From Nitrospirota bacterium (GTDB taxonomy: Bacteria; Nitrospirota; Nitrospiria; SBBL01; JAADHI01), in NCBI GenBank assembly GCA_029261135.1, contig JAJDBX010000003.1:87-64086 (forward strand): a stretch of 64,000 nt of DNA. Direction: 5' to 3'. Below, one piece after another: positions 27,703 through 37,214 of the stretch. Position numbers and translations under genes: made by a program. The notes beneath the pieces are model-generated. The model did no database searches and was not told where the DNA came from. It saw only the letters and a list, made by a program, of their open reading frames with translations. Position 1 is the stretch's first letter, and every line of letters begins with the position of its first letter.

Positions 27703-28029
27703 ATGGCAGGACGAAAAATGTTTGGAGGCCTGATGAAGCAAGCGCAGGAACTGCAGGAAAAAATGGCAAAAATGCAGGAAGAAGCCGCTAAAAAAACACA
27801 TGAGGCCACTTCTGGCGGCGGGATGGTCACCGTCGTGGTCAATGGTCGTCAAGAAGTACTCTCCATAAAAATCGACCCGGAGGTCGTCAATCCAGATGAT
27901 ATTGATATGCTGCAAGATCTCATCATCGCCGCCGTGAATGAAGGGATTAAAAAAACCCAAGCTTCGATGGCGGATGAAATGAAAGGGATGACCGGCGGGA
28001 TGAACATCCCGGGTCTATTTGGCGGATGA
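27703..28029 (+). CDS. ybaB: Nucleoid-associated protein YbaB/EbfC
   Basis: The 108-aa ORF has MKQAQELQEKMAKMQEE and the GGGMVTVVVNG motif, and lies between dnaX and recR. Confidence 0.92.
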   Translation: MAGRKMFGGLMKQAQELQEKMAKMQEEAAKKTHEATSGGGMVTVVVNGRQEVLSIKIDPEVVNPDDIDMLQDLIIAAVNEGIKKTQASMADEMKGMTGGMNIPGLFGG

Positions 28030-28634
28030 AACAACAAGGCATTTTTGATCATTTAATCGACCAACTCACGGCCTTACCGGGTGTCGGGCGGAAGTCTGCG
28101 CAGCGCTTGGCTTTTTTCATCCTTAAAATGACAATCTCAGAGGCTAAAAAAATCGGACAGGCCATCATCGATGTGAAAGATCAGCTTGCTTTTTGTCAAA
28201 TCTGTAACAATATTACAGAGTACGAAATCTGCACCATCTGTTCCAGTCCAAAACGAGACACACAAAAAGTACTCATCCTTGAAGAACCCAGCACACTCCA
28301 TATCATCGAACAAACGGGAGAATACAAGGGCCTCTATCACATTTTGCTGGGTGCCATCGCACCGCTTCCCGGTCATAAAACAGCAGCACCCTCGATTCAG
28401 AACCTCATTGAACGTTTAAAAAAAGGGGGTATTACGGAGGTCATCCTCGCCACGAATCCCACCATTGAAGGGGAATCGACTGCGATATACCTCACCCGTC
28501 TGATTCAACCTCTGGGAATCAAAGTATCACGGATTGCTTTCGGTATTCCGGTTGGGATTGATATTGAGTATGCAGACGAAGTTAGTCTTGTGAAATCCTT
28601 ACAAGGGAGAAGAGAAATCGAAAAACTCTCCTAA
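28026..28634 (+). CDS. recR: Recombination protein RecR
   Basis: The 202-aa ORF has LPGVGRKSAQRLAF (HhH), the C4 zinc finger CQICNNITE..CTIC, and a Toprim region (ATNPTIEGESTA). It overlaps ybaB by 4 nt. Confidence 0.95.
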   Translation: MKQQGIFDHLIDQLTALPGVGRKSAQRLAFFILKMTISEAKKIGQAIIDVKDQLAFCQICNNITEYEICTICSSPKRDTQKVLILEEPSTLHIIEQTGEYKGLYHILLGAIAPLPGHKTAAPSIQNLIERLKKGGITEVILATNPTIEGESTAIYLTRLIQPLGIKVSRIAFGIPVGIDIEYADEVSLVKSLQGRREIEKLS

Positions 28635-28652
28635 GCGTTCTGAACCCCGATT

Positions 28653-29273
28653 TTATAACCCAATCTGTCGTTTAAAATCGTCAATAGTAAAGAGACTTTC
28701 AAAATCAACTCCGGTTTTTCTGATGGCTTCCCCGCCGCCCTCTTTACGATCCACCAAGGCAATGACCTTTAGGATAGAATGTCCTGCTTTTTTAAGTGCC
28801 TCCAATGTCCGGAGGGTCGAACCTCCCGTCGTCACCACATCTTCCACCACCACAACTTGGGCGCCTTCGGATAAATTCCCTTCAATTTGCTGTTTGCTGC
28901 CATGACCTTTGGGCTCTTTGCGGACAATAAAAGCAGGAATCGGCGATTTTTCTAAAAAACTCACTAAAGACACGGCCGTAGCAAGCGGATCGGCCCCAAG
29001 CGTCATGCCACCGACGCCGCCCACAGCCCCCCCCCGAATACGCTCAAAAACCTCATAACCAATCAGCATTGCGCCTTCAGCATCCAGGCTGACCTTTTTA
29101 CAATCAATATAAAAAGAGGTTTTTTTACCCGATGTCAGTTGAAAAGAAGCCTCAGGGCTATACCGAAACGCATCTTTCAGAAGAAGTTCCAATAATCGGT
29201 CACGGTTTTTTATGGAGGAAGACATAGCCCAATGCCTAACTGAATCGACTTTTTTTGTCAAGTAAACGGGCAA
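28653..29273 (-). CDS. pyrE: Orotate phosphoribosyltransferase
   Basis: The ORF has the PRPP-binding motif VVVVEDVVTTGGST and FQLTSGKKTSFYIDCK. The real start may be the internal Met (MSSSIKNRD..., about 29225). Confidence 0.9.
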   Translation of the reverse strand: MPVYLTKKVDSVRHWAMSSSIKNRDRLLELLLKDAFRYSPEASFQLTSGKKTSFYIDCKKVSLDAEGAMLIGYEVFERIRGGAVGGVGGMTLGADPLATAVSLVSFLEKSPIPAFIVRKEPKGHGSKQQIEGNLSEGAQVVVVEDVVTTGGSTLRTLEALKKAGHSILKVIALVDRKEGGGEAIRKTGVDFESLFTIDDFKRQIGL

Positions 29274-29359
29274 AATTTTTCTTCAAATGATAAGACAAGA
29301 ACATCAGTAGTGACATTGTTAAGGCCTATTATCAATAAGATGAAAATCTTATAATTTAT

Positions 29360-32300
29360 TTGATCCAACCTTATAAAAAAGAATTAAAAGTCATATCTTT
29401 TTGCGATTGGAAACAGGTAGAATCATTATTCTTAGTGCGACAGCTCACCTTAATCCACCTTAGCGAGTTGCGGGAAATGTCCCTTTCGAAAATCAATTTC
29501 GCTTCAAGCTCTTTTTTTAATTTACAACAAAAAACGCTCAAAACTTTACCTGCAATTTTTATCGCGCTTATCGGATTTTCAACAACTTTATTTGCCTCAT
29601 ATCTTTTTCAATACGTGGATCAAGGCGCAACGATCAAATCGTGGCATTGGCCCGTTCTCTTGATTGGTTTTACCGCGACTGGATTTCTTTCCTCCTATTT
29701 CTTCTTCCTTAAAAAAGTGCAAGGGAAGCTCGCCGACACGCTAGATACTTTGGAACATGAGGTCGCCGTGCGTAGAGAGTTTGAAGCAAGACTCAACCTT
29801 GCACTCGACATTGGAAACGGGACAATATGGGACTGGGATATTCCAACAGGAGAAATCTCCTTTGGCCCGAGATTCTACAGCATGCTCGGCTATGAACCAG
29901 GAGAATTGCCCTCTCATATCAAATACTTGGAAAAAATCGTTCACATGGATGATTTACAAAAAGTCCGTTCTGCTCTTATTCGCCATTTAAAAGGCACAAC
30001 GCCGCTTTACGAACATGAGACAAAACTTTTAAAAAAATCTGGACAAACGCTATGGACTTTGGATCGTGGAAAGGTCATTTCTAGAGATGAGGACGGAAAA
30101 GCCCTCCGAATGGTTGGCGTTTGCACAGATATTACTGAATATAAACAGCGCGAAAATGCCATTCATCTTCAAGGTGAGATTACAGCAAATATGGCTGAAG
30201 GGGTCTTTCTGACACGAGCTTCTGATGGGGTTATTGTGTATACCAATAGACGGTTAGAAGAAGAGTTTGGTTATAATCGAGGGGAGTTGATTGGAAAACC
30301 TGTTTCTATCCTCAATGCAAAAACAGATGACAAAAGCCCGGAGGAAGTCACCCAAGGAATCATTGATGTCCTTGAAAAAGGTCAGATCTGGCGAGGTGAA
30401 GTGTGTAACATCAAAAAAGACGGCTCGATATTTTGGGGTATGGCAAGCATTTCAACCTATCATCACACACAACATAGACAAGTATGGCTCACCACACACA
30501 CTGATATTTCAGAGCGAAAAGTCGCAGAACAAACCCTTCGCGATTCAGAAGAACAGTTTCGTACGATTTTTGATCAATCGAGTGACTCCATTCTGGTCAT
30601 CAATCCTTCTGATGGCCGCATTGTTGCGTTTAATAATAATTCTCACAAAAACCTGGGATACACCCGGAGAGAATTTAAGAAACTCACCATTTCGGATATA
30701 GAAGACCCAATGGACGGGGAAGAAATCCAGGATCAAATCAAACGCATTCGAAAAAGAAGGCGAAAGGTTTTTCAGACAAAACACCGTACAAAAGAGAGTG
30801 AAATTCGGGATGTCCAGGTCACAACAAGAACGATTCATCTAAAAGGAGAAGAGTATCTTCTCTTTGTACTTCAAGATATCACCGACCAAAAAGAAGCGGA
30901 AGAACAGCAACAACTCGCTTCGGCTGTCTACAACAATGCCAGTGAAGCGATCATGGTCACTGACGCCGACAACAACATTATCTCAACCAACCCTGCATTC
31001 ACAAAAATTACAGGCTACACCCTCGACGAAGTTTTAGGGAAAAGTCCGAAATGCCTCAAATCGGATAAACATAATGATGCTTTTTATCAAAAGATGCGGG
31101 ATTCAATCAATGAAACCGACCACTGGGAAGGCGAAGTTTGGGAAAAAAGAAAAAAGGGTGAGGTCCATCCCATATGGCTCTCCGTTGCGGCCATTAAAGA
31201 TCAAGAAGGCGATCTCCTCTACTACGCCAGCCTCTTTAGCGACATCACCGAGCGAAAGGCCAATGCGGAAAAACTCCGATTTCAAGCCTACTACGATACC
31301 TTAACCTCGCTCCCCAATCGGCGTTTATTGAAAGATCGTTTGTCTCAGGCGCTGCATCAATCGAAAAGAACCTCAAGAAAAGTCGGGCTTTTATTTATCG
31401 ACCTCGACCATTTTAAACACGTCAATGATACACTTGGGCATCTTGCAGGAGATAAGGTTCTCAAAAAAGCCGCGAAACGCTTACAATCCTCCGTTCGAGA
31501 GGCCGATACCGTCGCACGATCAGGAGGCGATGAATTTCAAGTCGTCCTGCCCGATATTGGTGGACGGGAAGAAGCCACACTCGTCGCCGAAAAAATCATC
31601 AAAAAAATGTCCCTTCCTTTTCAATTAGGAGGGCGAGAAATCTTTTTGGGTGTGAGTATCGGGATCACAATTGCGCCGAATGACGGGGAAGATGCTTTCT
31701 CACTCATGAGAAATGCCGATTTAGCGATGTACAAGGCAAAATCTTCGGGGCGCAATAAATACTCCTTTTTTAATCAAAGGATGGGAAGTGTGGCAAAAAA
31801 CCGTGCCTTACTGGAATGGGGGCTAAAAAGGGCCATCACACAAAAAGAGTTTGTGGTCTTCTATCAACCCGTCGTCAATCTACGTACACTGAAAACGGTT
31901 GCACTTGAAGCTTTGGTTCGCTGGCACCACCCTGTGAAAGGGCTGCTCATGCCAGATCAGTTTATTCAAATTGCGGAAGAGTCCGGCACGATTAAAGAAT
32001 TGGGCCATTTCGTGCTCAATACAGCCTGCAAACAGATGGCCGCATGGCGGAAAATCTACGGAGTGGATACAGCCCTTTCTGTTAATATGTCCAGCCGACA
32101 ATTTATTTTTAACGATTTTTTATCCCCCATTCAAAATGCTTTAGAGGAAAGCACACTCCCACCGGAATCCCTCATCATTGAGGTCACTGAAAGTCTCACG
32201 CTCGATCCGGTCGAAAAAGCCGTCGATAAACTCTGGAAGTTGAAAGACGCAGGAATCAATATTGCCATTGACGATTTTGGGACAGGTTACTCCTCTCTCA

Positions 32301-32581
32301 GTTACCTCTCCAGATTTCCGATTGATCGCTTAAAGATCGATAAGTCCTTTATTCAAAATGTCTACTCAAATCCTCAAAAACGACACCTCGTTGAAGCGAT
32401 GATTCGGATGGGGCAGAGTTTAAAGATGGAAGTCATCGCCGAAGGGATTGAACAGCAGGAAGATTTTTCGTACTTGACGGAATTTGGATGTAACTCCGCA
32501 CAGGGCTATTACTTCAGTAAGCCACTCTCAGTCGAACATTACGAAGCCGTCTTAGAAAAAGAAATCGGGATTGTCGAATAA
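29360..32581 (+). CDS. Membrane-anchored PAS/PAC x3 - GGDEF - EAL signalling protein
   Basis: The 1073-aa ORF has two N-terminal TM segments and three PAS/PAC modules. The GGDEF domain has an intact SGGDEF motif and an RxxD I-site (READ, 5 residues upstream). The EAL domain is intact (EALVRW, DDFGTGYSS, EGIEQQE). The start is possibly at the internal MSLSKINF. Confidence 0.9.
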   Translation: MIQPYKKELKVISFCDWKQVESLFLVRQLTLIHLSELREMSLSKINFASSSFFNLQQKTLKTLPAIFIALIGFSTTLFASYLFQYVDQGATIKSWHWPVLLIGFTATGFLSSYFFFLKKVQGKLADTLDTLEHEVAVRREFEARLNLALDIGNGTIWDWDIPTGEISFGPRFYSMLGYEPGELPSHIKYLEKIVHMDDLQKVRSALIRHLKGTTPLYEHETKLLKKSGQTLWTLDRGKVISRDEDGKALRMVGVCTDITEYKQRENAIHLQGEITANMAEGVFLTRASDGVIVYTNRRLEEEFGYNRGELIGKPVSILNAKTDDKSPEEVTQGIIDVLEKGQIWRGEVCNIKKDGSIFWGMASISTYHHTQHRQVWLTTHTDISERKVAEQTLRDSEEQFRTIFDQSSDSILVINPSDGRIVAFNNNSHKNLGYTRREFKKLTISDIEDPMDGEEIQDQIKRIRKRRRKVFQTKHRTKESEIRDVQVTTRTIHLKGEEYLLFVLQDITDQKEAEEQQQLASAVYNNASEAIMVTDADNNIISTNPAFTKITGYTLDEVLGKSPKCLKSDKHNDAFYQKMRDSINETDHWEGEVWEKRKKGEVHPIWLSVAAIKDQEGDLLYYASLFSDITERKANAEKLRFQAYYDTLTSLPNRRLLKDRLSQALHQSKRTSRKVGLLFIDLDHFKHVNDTLGHLAGDKVLKKAAKRLQSSVREADTVARSGGDEFQVVLPDIGGREEATLVAEKIIKKMSLPFQLGGREIFLGVSIGITIAPNDGEDAFSLMRNADLAMYKAKSSGRNKYSFFNQRMGSVAKNRALLEWGLKRAITQKEFVVFYQPVVNLRTLKTVALEALVRWHHPVKGLLMPDQFIQIAEESGTIKELGHFVLNTACKQMAAWRKIYGVDTALSVNMSSRQFIFNDFLSPIQNALEESTLPPESLIIEVTESLTLDPVEKAVDKLWKLKDAGINIAIDDFGTGYSSLSYLSRFPIDRLKIDKSFIQNVYSNPQKRHLVEAMIRMGQSLKMEVIAEGIEQQEDFSYLTEFGCNSAQGYYFSKPLSVEHYEAVLEKEIGIVE

Positions 32582-32603
32582 ACGAACTCAGCATTAAGGA
32601 TTC

Positions 32604-33215
32604 TCACTTCACTTTTGCCAGAAACTTCAGACCTTCTTTGATCAGTGCTTCAACAGAATCAGGTATTCCTTCTGCGCTCAATATCTGATCCATCGCGCGT
32701 TTGGCATCTTTTCGATGATAGCCGAGGTTCACCAAGGCAGAAAGCGCATCATGTTGAATCTCATCTTCAGGACCAGCGGATGCCTCATTCGTGCTAAGAC
32801 CTTCAAATTCTATCCGGGACACCTTTTCCTTGAGTTCAAGCACCAGTCGCCCAGCCATCTTTGGCCCAACACCCGGAATCGCTTTGAGCCGCGTGACCTG
32901 ACCCTCTTGAATAGCATTAATCAATTCACTCAACTCGACACCCGATAAAATATTAAGCGCAAGTTTCGGCCCGACACCAGAAACACTAATGAGGCATAAA
33001 AACGTTTCTTTTTCCCGACTGCTCGAAAAACCAAAAAGCTGAAGCGCATCCTCCCGTACATGGGTGTAAATATGGAGCGTGACCTGCTGTTTTTCTGCCG
33101 GCAGTCGATAGTAGGTACAGAGCGGGGTCATGATTTGATACCCCACCCCACCCACTTCCACAATCAAGGCCGTAGGTGATTTTAAAGTAATGAGACCGTG
33201 GAGTGAGGCAATCAT
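32604..33215 (-). CDS. ruvA: Holliday junction helicase subunit RuvA
   Basis: The 203-aa ORF begins MIASLHGL... and has GVGYQI and two HhH motifs (VSGVGPKLAL, IPGVGPKMAGR). It overlaps ruvC by 4 nt. Confidence 0.93.
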   Translation of the reverse strand: MIASLHGLITLKSPTALIVEVGGVGYQIMTPLCTYYRLPAEKQQVTLHIYTHVREDALQLFGFSSSREKETFLCLISVSGVGPKLALNILSGVELSELINAIQEGQVTRLKAIPGVGPKMAGRLVLELKEKVSRIEFEGLSTNEASAGPEDEIQHDALSALVNLGYHRKDAKRAMDQILSAEGIPDSVEALIKEGLKFLAKVK

Positions 33216-33727
33216 CGTTGAACTGCTTTTTTGGAAAGATCGATCCGTCTCTGAAAACGAGAAGAATGGGCATGGCAGATGGCCACAGCCGTCGCATCAG
33301 CTTGATGCTCGGAAGTCAGTGGTTTAGACAACGTTAATAAATGACCCACCATTTGCTGCACTTGGGCCTTGCTCGCGCCTCCATAACCCACAACCGCCAT
33401 TTTGACTTCCGTCGGAGAATATTCAAAAACCGACAGGTCACGAGAAGCCGCCGCCAAAAGTGCGGCACCCCGTGCCTGCCCCAACTTCAGCGCCGACTTT
33501 ACATTTTTAGCCATAAAAGTATCTTCAACAGCCACAGCAGACGGTTGCTCTGTTTCAATCACTTCAAGAAGCGCATCAAAAATTTTTTTAAGTCGTTGTG
33601 AAAAAGGAGCTTTTGGATCCGTTCGCACATCCCCGGATCGGTGAAAAAAAAGCCGACCCGAAACATCTTCATCTAAAATAGAATAACCCGTTACGCCAAT
33701 ACCAGGGTCTATCCCTAAAATAAACAT
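33212..33727 (-). CDS. ruvC: Holliday junction resolvase RuvC
   Basis: The 171-aa ORF begins MFILGIDPGIGVTGYSIL, contains AVEDTFMAKN, and has a C-terminal DATAVAICH catalytic region. Confidence 0.93.
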   Translation of the reverse strand: MFILGIDPGIGVTGYSILDEDVSGRLFFHRSGDVRTDPKAPFSQRLKKIFDALLEVIETEQPSAVAVEDTFMAKNVKSALKLGQARGAALLAAASRDLSVFEYSPTEVKMAVVGYGGASKAQVQQMVGHLLTLSKPLTSEHQADATAVAICHAHSSRFQRRIDLSKKAVQR

Positions 33728-33801
33728 TTGTTATATCCGGAAATCAGATCGGTTTGATTAAAATGGTTGAACACAACAGAGATGAAATGCAACATAAGCG
33801 G

Positions 33802-34554
33802 CTATCCAGCGATTTTTTCCATCTCTTCATCGGAAATATCAAAATTGGCGTAGACATTTTGGATATCGTCATTATCTTCCAATTCATCCATTAGACGCAG
33901 CATCTGCTCTGCCTGTTTTCCTTCAAGTTTCACCGTCGTTTGCGGAATAAAAGTCACTTCTGAAAAGCTCGATTTCAAATTTGCATCCACAATGGCTTGA
34001 TTCACCGTTTCAAAATCACTGACTGGGGTCACCACATCAAAATGCGATGGATCATCCGAAAGCAGGTCTTCAGCGCCTGCTTCAAGCGAGAGATCCATTA
34101 GCTCACTTTCATCAACCCCTTCCTTCGGAATCACAATAAGCCCCCTACGATCAAACAACCAGGACACTGCCCCGTTCTCCGCCATATTGCCCCCGTTTTT
34201 CCCCAAGGTATGTCGCACTTCGCTGACCGTGCGATTCTTATTGTCGGTCATTATGTCCAACAACAACGCCACCCCACCCGGCCCATACCCCTCATAAGTG
34301 GTCTCTTCATAAACCACGCCGGATAGCTCCCCCGTTCCTTTTTGGATGGCTCGTTTCATATTGTCGGCCGGCATATTGACTTCTTTGGCTTTTGCAATCA
34401 CCATCCGAAGACGTGGATTGGCTTCTGGGTCACCCCCGCCTATTCGAGCCGCCACCGTCATTTCCCGAATCAGCTTTGTAAAGGTTTTGCCACGCTTGGC
34501 ATCGACCGCCGCTTTTTTGTGTTTCGTGGTTGCCCACTTTGAATGACCAGACAT
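33802..34554 (-). CDS. yebC: YebC/PmpR family transcriptional regulator
   Basis: The 250-aa ORF begins [23 protein letters not shown], the invariant family N-terminus. It lies upstream of ruvC-ruvA as in many bacteria. Confidence 0.93.
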   Translation of the reverse strand: MSGHSKWATTKHKKAAVDAKRGKTFTKLIREMTVAARIGGGDPEANPRLRMVIAKAKEVNMPADNMKRAIQKGTGELSGVVYEETTYEGYGPGGVALLLDIMTDNKNRTVSEVRHTLGKNGGNMAENGAVSWLFDRRGLIVIPKEGVDESELMDLSLEAGAEDLLSDDPSHFDVVTPVSDFETVNQAIVDANLKSSFSEVTFIPQTTVKLEGKQAEQMLRLMDELEDNDDIQNVYANFDISDEEMEKIAG

Positions 34555-34733
34555 GAGTGCTCCATCAAAATTAAAAAGGGTAAACCGCCTTCAAAAGATT
34601 GAAATAACTAGCATAATCTTGAAGAGCTGTCAATTTGACAAAATACGCAAAACAACACATTCAAAATAAGAGGGATTAAAGGAAAAAGTGTCAAACAAAC
34701 TTTTCTTTCATGAGGGTTGGAAGTCGGCATCAA

Positions 34734-35104
34734 TTACTTCCAGTAAGCGTGATTTTTGAAACCAATCCTTTTATTCAAGCTTTTATAAGGGTATTCAATA
34801 AATTTTGACTGTGGTTCTTTATAATCCAGAGAGATAACAGAGGTTATCGTGACTTCATCTGAACTAGCAATGATTTTCTCAACCAGAATTCAACAACCTT
34901 TCTCTTTTCTTCCCGAGGCAGTGTTGGCCACCTGGTATAGAGGTCTTTGGCTTCAGTGAAAATATGATCGCTTGAGAGGTAACGGGTCTTCAAAATATCG
35001 ATCTCACCCTGAAGTTCGAGGGTTTCTTCTTCCAGTTGGAGACAACGAATGTCAATCAGAGACAGCATAAATGACGCCATGACAGACAATCCCTCTAGTG
35101 GCAA
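34734..35104 (-). pseudogene. C-terminal relic of a large serine recombinase (frameshifted, N-terminus missing)
   Basis: ORF 34844..35104 has a coiled-coil region plus AKDLYTRWPTLPREEKRKVVEFWL. A frameshift continues it as EKIIASSDEVTITS..., resembling the ...EEKR.LL..LIEKI.V..D.V.I tail of large serine recombinases. No catalytic domain is present upstream. Confidence 0.45.
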
Positions 35105-35221
35105 AGTTTAAGCTGTTCAATCTTAGATCCACACCTGATCTCAGTCCTCTTTCCATCTCTTTGAAATAAAGCACTTCAATTCAATTACATTAACTAAGAA
35201 CAAACTTTCTTTCTTATTTAT

Positions 35222-35275
35222 GGTTTACAAACTCTATATTTGGGAATATAATCCCAAATATAGAGTTTGTAAACC
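35222..35275. repeat. Perfect 24-bp inverted repeat with a 6-nt spacer
   Basis: GGTTTACAAACTCTATATTTGGGA, spacer ATATAA, then TCCCAAATATAGAGTTTGTAAACC. It lies 38 nt upstream of the ORF starting at 35313 and about 120 nt from the recombinase relic. Confidence 0.85.
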
Positions 35276-35312
35276 TGGTTTTAGTAAACCGAAATAATAA
35301 AGGAGAAAAAAT

Positions 35313-35588
35313 ATGATTGTTCAATTTCTGGCTTATGTTTTTTTAATTCTGGCCATATTGATTCTTTTTAACCTAGGTACTTTTTCAATTTCTAAAAAAC
35401 TAAAGATATCTTTGGCTAAGGAGTTTGAAGAGATCACCCAAAATTGGCTGACCTTTTTCAAAAATGGCATCCCTGTTCCAGCAGACCACAAGCGAATCGA
35501 AGGTGATTTTATAGGTGAGCCTGTTTTGGTTCAGCTTTTATTCCAGGAACAAAGCGTCAGTCTTTCCAGTGGCTTAAAGGAGGCATAG
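35313..35588 (+). CDS. Small single-pass membrane protein (hypothetical)
   Basis: The 91-aa ORF has an AAAGGAG RBS 7 nt upstream and an N-terminal TM helix (FLAYVFLILAILILFNLGTF). I recognise no family. Confidence 0.5.
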   Translation: MIVQFLAYVFLILAILILFNLGTFSISKKLKISLAKEFEEITQNWLTFFKNGIPVPADHKRIEGDFIGEPVLVQLLFQEQSVSLSSGLKEA

Positions 35589-35652
35589 AAATAATTTTTT
35601 TTCATGCCAGCCGTGCCACCAAAGGATCCTTCTCGCGGATCTTTGTTTCAAT

Positions 35653-36858
35653 ATGGAGGGATTTTTTATGAAATCAATTTCCTTACTTTTATTTTGTCTT
35701 AATAATCATTATCAAAGTTTGAATCGCTCTTGTAATTCTCTTATTGAGGGCCGCTTATTATTACTAACAGCCCTATCTCTTGGATTACTCATTGCTTCTA
35801 ATCCGCTCGCCTTCGGGGCAAGTGCGACCTTATCTTGGAGTGCGAATACAGAGGCCGACCTTTCAGGCTACAACGTCTACTACGGCACATCCTCCGGCAA
35901 TTACGGGGTGCCGATTAGTGTGGGCAATACAATAAGCCATACCATTACAGGACTGGCCGATGGCACCTACTACTTTTCGGTCACGGCATATGATACTTCG
36001 GGAAACGAAAGTGGCTTCTCGAATGAAGCGAGCAAAATCCTGATAAACGGCCCCGTTGGGGGTTCCGGCTCGGACATCACTGCCCCTGTAATAACAGGTG
36101 TAAGTGCTCAAAGCATCACCGGAAACACTGCGACAATCATATGGACAAGCGATGAACCCGCCAGCTCCCAGGTTGATTTTGGTCTGACAACCGCCTACGG
36201 CTCAAGCAGCACAAAAAATGAAACCCTTGTGACGAGCCACAGCCAAGTCATCACCGGTTTGGCGGAAGGGACAAGTTATCATTTTAGAGTCAGGAGTACG
36301 GACGTCAGCACGAACACAGCGACATCGAATGATGCGACTTTCAGTACGAGCACCTCACAAAACATCGATTCAACAGCCCCTGCGGATATTGAGCAATTTA
36401 GTGCTGTCGGTGAAAATCGTCAGATGGTGCTGACCTGGATCAATCCTCCAGACACCGATTTTGTCGGCGTGCATATTCGATTCAGAACAGACCACTTTCC
36501 GATAGATATCAATGACGGCGCTCTTTTTTCGGATACCGAAGGTGCGCCAGGGCAAAACATGCAGATCATCCACAGTGGGCTTGCTGAAGGAACGACATAC
36601 TACTACCTTGCCGCGACCTACGATGGCAGCGGTAATTTCCAAACAACGGCATTTGTTTCAGGCACAACGAATGTGATTCAAAGCAGCAACGGCGCCGCTT
36701 CATCAGGCGGAGGCGGCTGTGGCATGATTCGTCCGGGTGGGGGAGATCCACCAAAACCCGGAGATGCGGTCGGCATCTTGACGGTCATTGGGCTGATGAT
36801 GCTGACCCTGCTGAAAAAGAACATGGGCCGACAAAATGCGAAACTGATGAGAATCTAG
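35653..36858 (+). CDS. Secreted fibronectin type III repeat protein with a Cys-containing C-terminal anchor/sorting-like tail
   Basis: The 401-aa ORF has a signal peptide (LLLLTALSLGLLIASNPLAFGA) and about three FN3 units (LSWSANTEADLSGYNVYYG...YYFSVTAYDTSGNES; ...TSYHFRVRSTD; ...TTYYYLAATYDGSGN). The tail reads SSGGGGCGMIRPGGGDPPKPGD, then a TM helix (AVGILTVIGLMMLTLL), then KKNMGRQ. Confidence 0.7.
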   Translation: MEGFFMKSISLLLFCLNNHYQSLNRSCNSLIEGRLLLLTALSLGLLIASNPLAFGASATLSWSANTEADLSGYNVYYGTSSGNYGVPISVGNTISHTITGLADGTYYFSVTAYDTSGNESGFSNEASKILINGPVGGSGSDITAPVITGVSAQSITGNTATIIWTSDEPASSQVDFGLTTAYGSSSTKNETLVTSHSQVITGLAEGTSYHFRVRSTDVSTNTATSNDATFSTSTSQNIDSTAPADIEQFSAVGENRQMVLTWINPPDTDFVGVHIRFRTDHFPIDINDGALFSDTEGAPGQNMQIIHSGLAEGTTYYYLAATYDGSGNFQTTAFVSGTTNVIQSSNGAASSGGGGCGMIRPGGGDPPKPGDAVGILTVIGLMMLTLLKKNMGRQNAKLMRI

Positions 36859-37035
36859 TCGTCTTACTTTCTGGATAATGTCCCTTCCGTTTATCATACT
36901 CTTCATAATTTATTTGGAGGGGGCATTATCCAAATAAGGCTGGAGCGTAATAAAGTGGACGGTATCTAGCCTTGGTCAGGCGCAAATACCTAATAAATAT
37001 TAGAAACCTACCCTCCAACGTCGAAGAAGAACTAC

Positions 37036-37065
37036 AGGCATGCGAGGAGATCTCTGCCTTTTTTT
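37036..37065 (+). terminator. Candidate intrinsic terminator downstream of the FN3 gene
   Basis: AGGCA-TGCGAGGAGATCTC-TGCCT forms a stem with an inner GAG/CTC pairing, followed by TTTTTTT. Confidence 0.45.
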
Positions 37066-37149
37066 ACATTTTCATCGCCGTTTGTGCTTCCCAAAAATGG
37101 AACAAAACATAGGCCTCTTTAAAATCTTGAAACACACCTCCCTCCATTC

Positions 37150-37179
37150 TTGACACTTTTTTTTCGCATCTGCTAGGAT
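37150..37179 (+). promoter_or_regulatory. Candidate promoter of the M16 peptidase operon
   Basis: TTGACA (37150-37155), an 18-nt spacer, then TAGGAT (37174-37179). An AAAGGAGAG RBS precedes the ATG at 37215. Confidence 0.4.
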
Positions 37180-37214
37180 GAGCTCCTCGCTTTAACCCCC
37201 TCAAAAGGAGAGAC

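Noticed and set aside
36872-36932. A 13-bp imperfect inverted repeat (TGGATAATGTCCC and GGGGCATTATCCA) lies just after the FN3 gene stop.
   Set aside because: It has one non-Watson-Crick position and a 35-nt loop, and a better terminator candidate lies at 37036-37065. I noted it but did not call it a feature.
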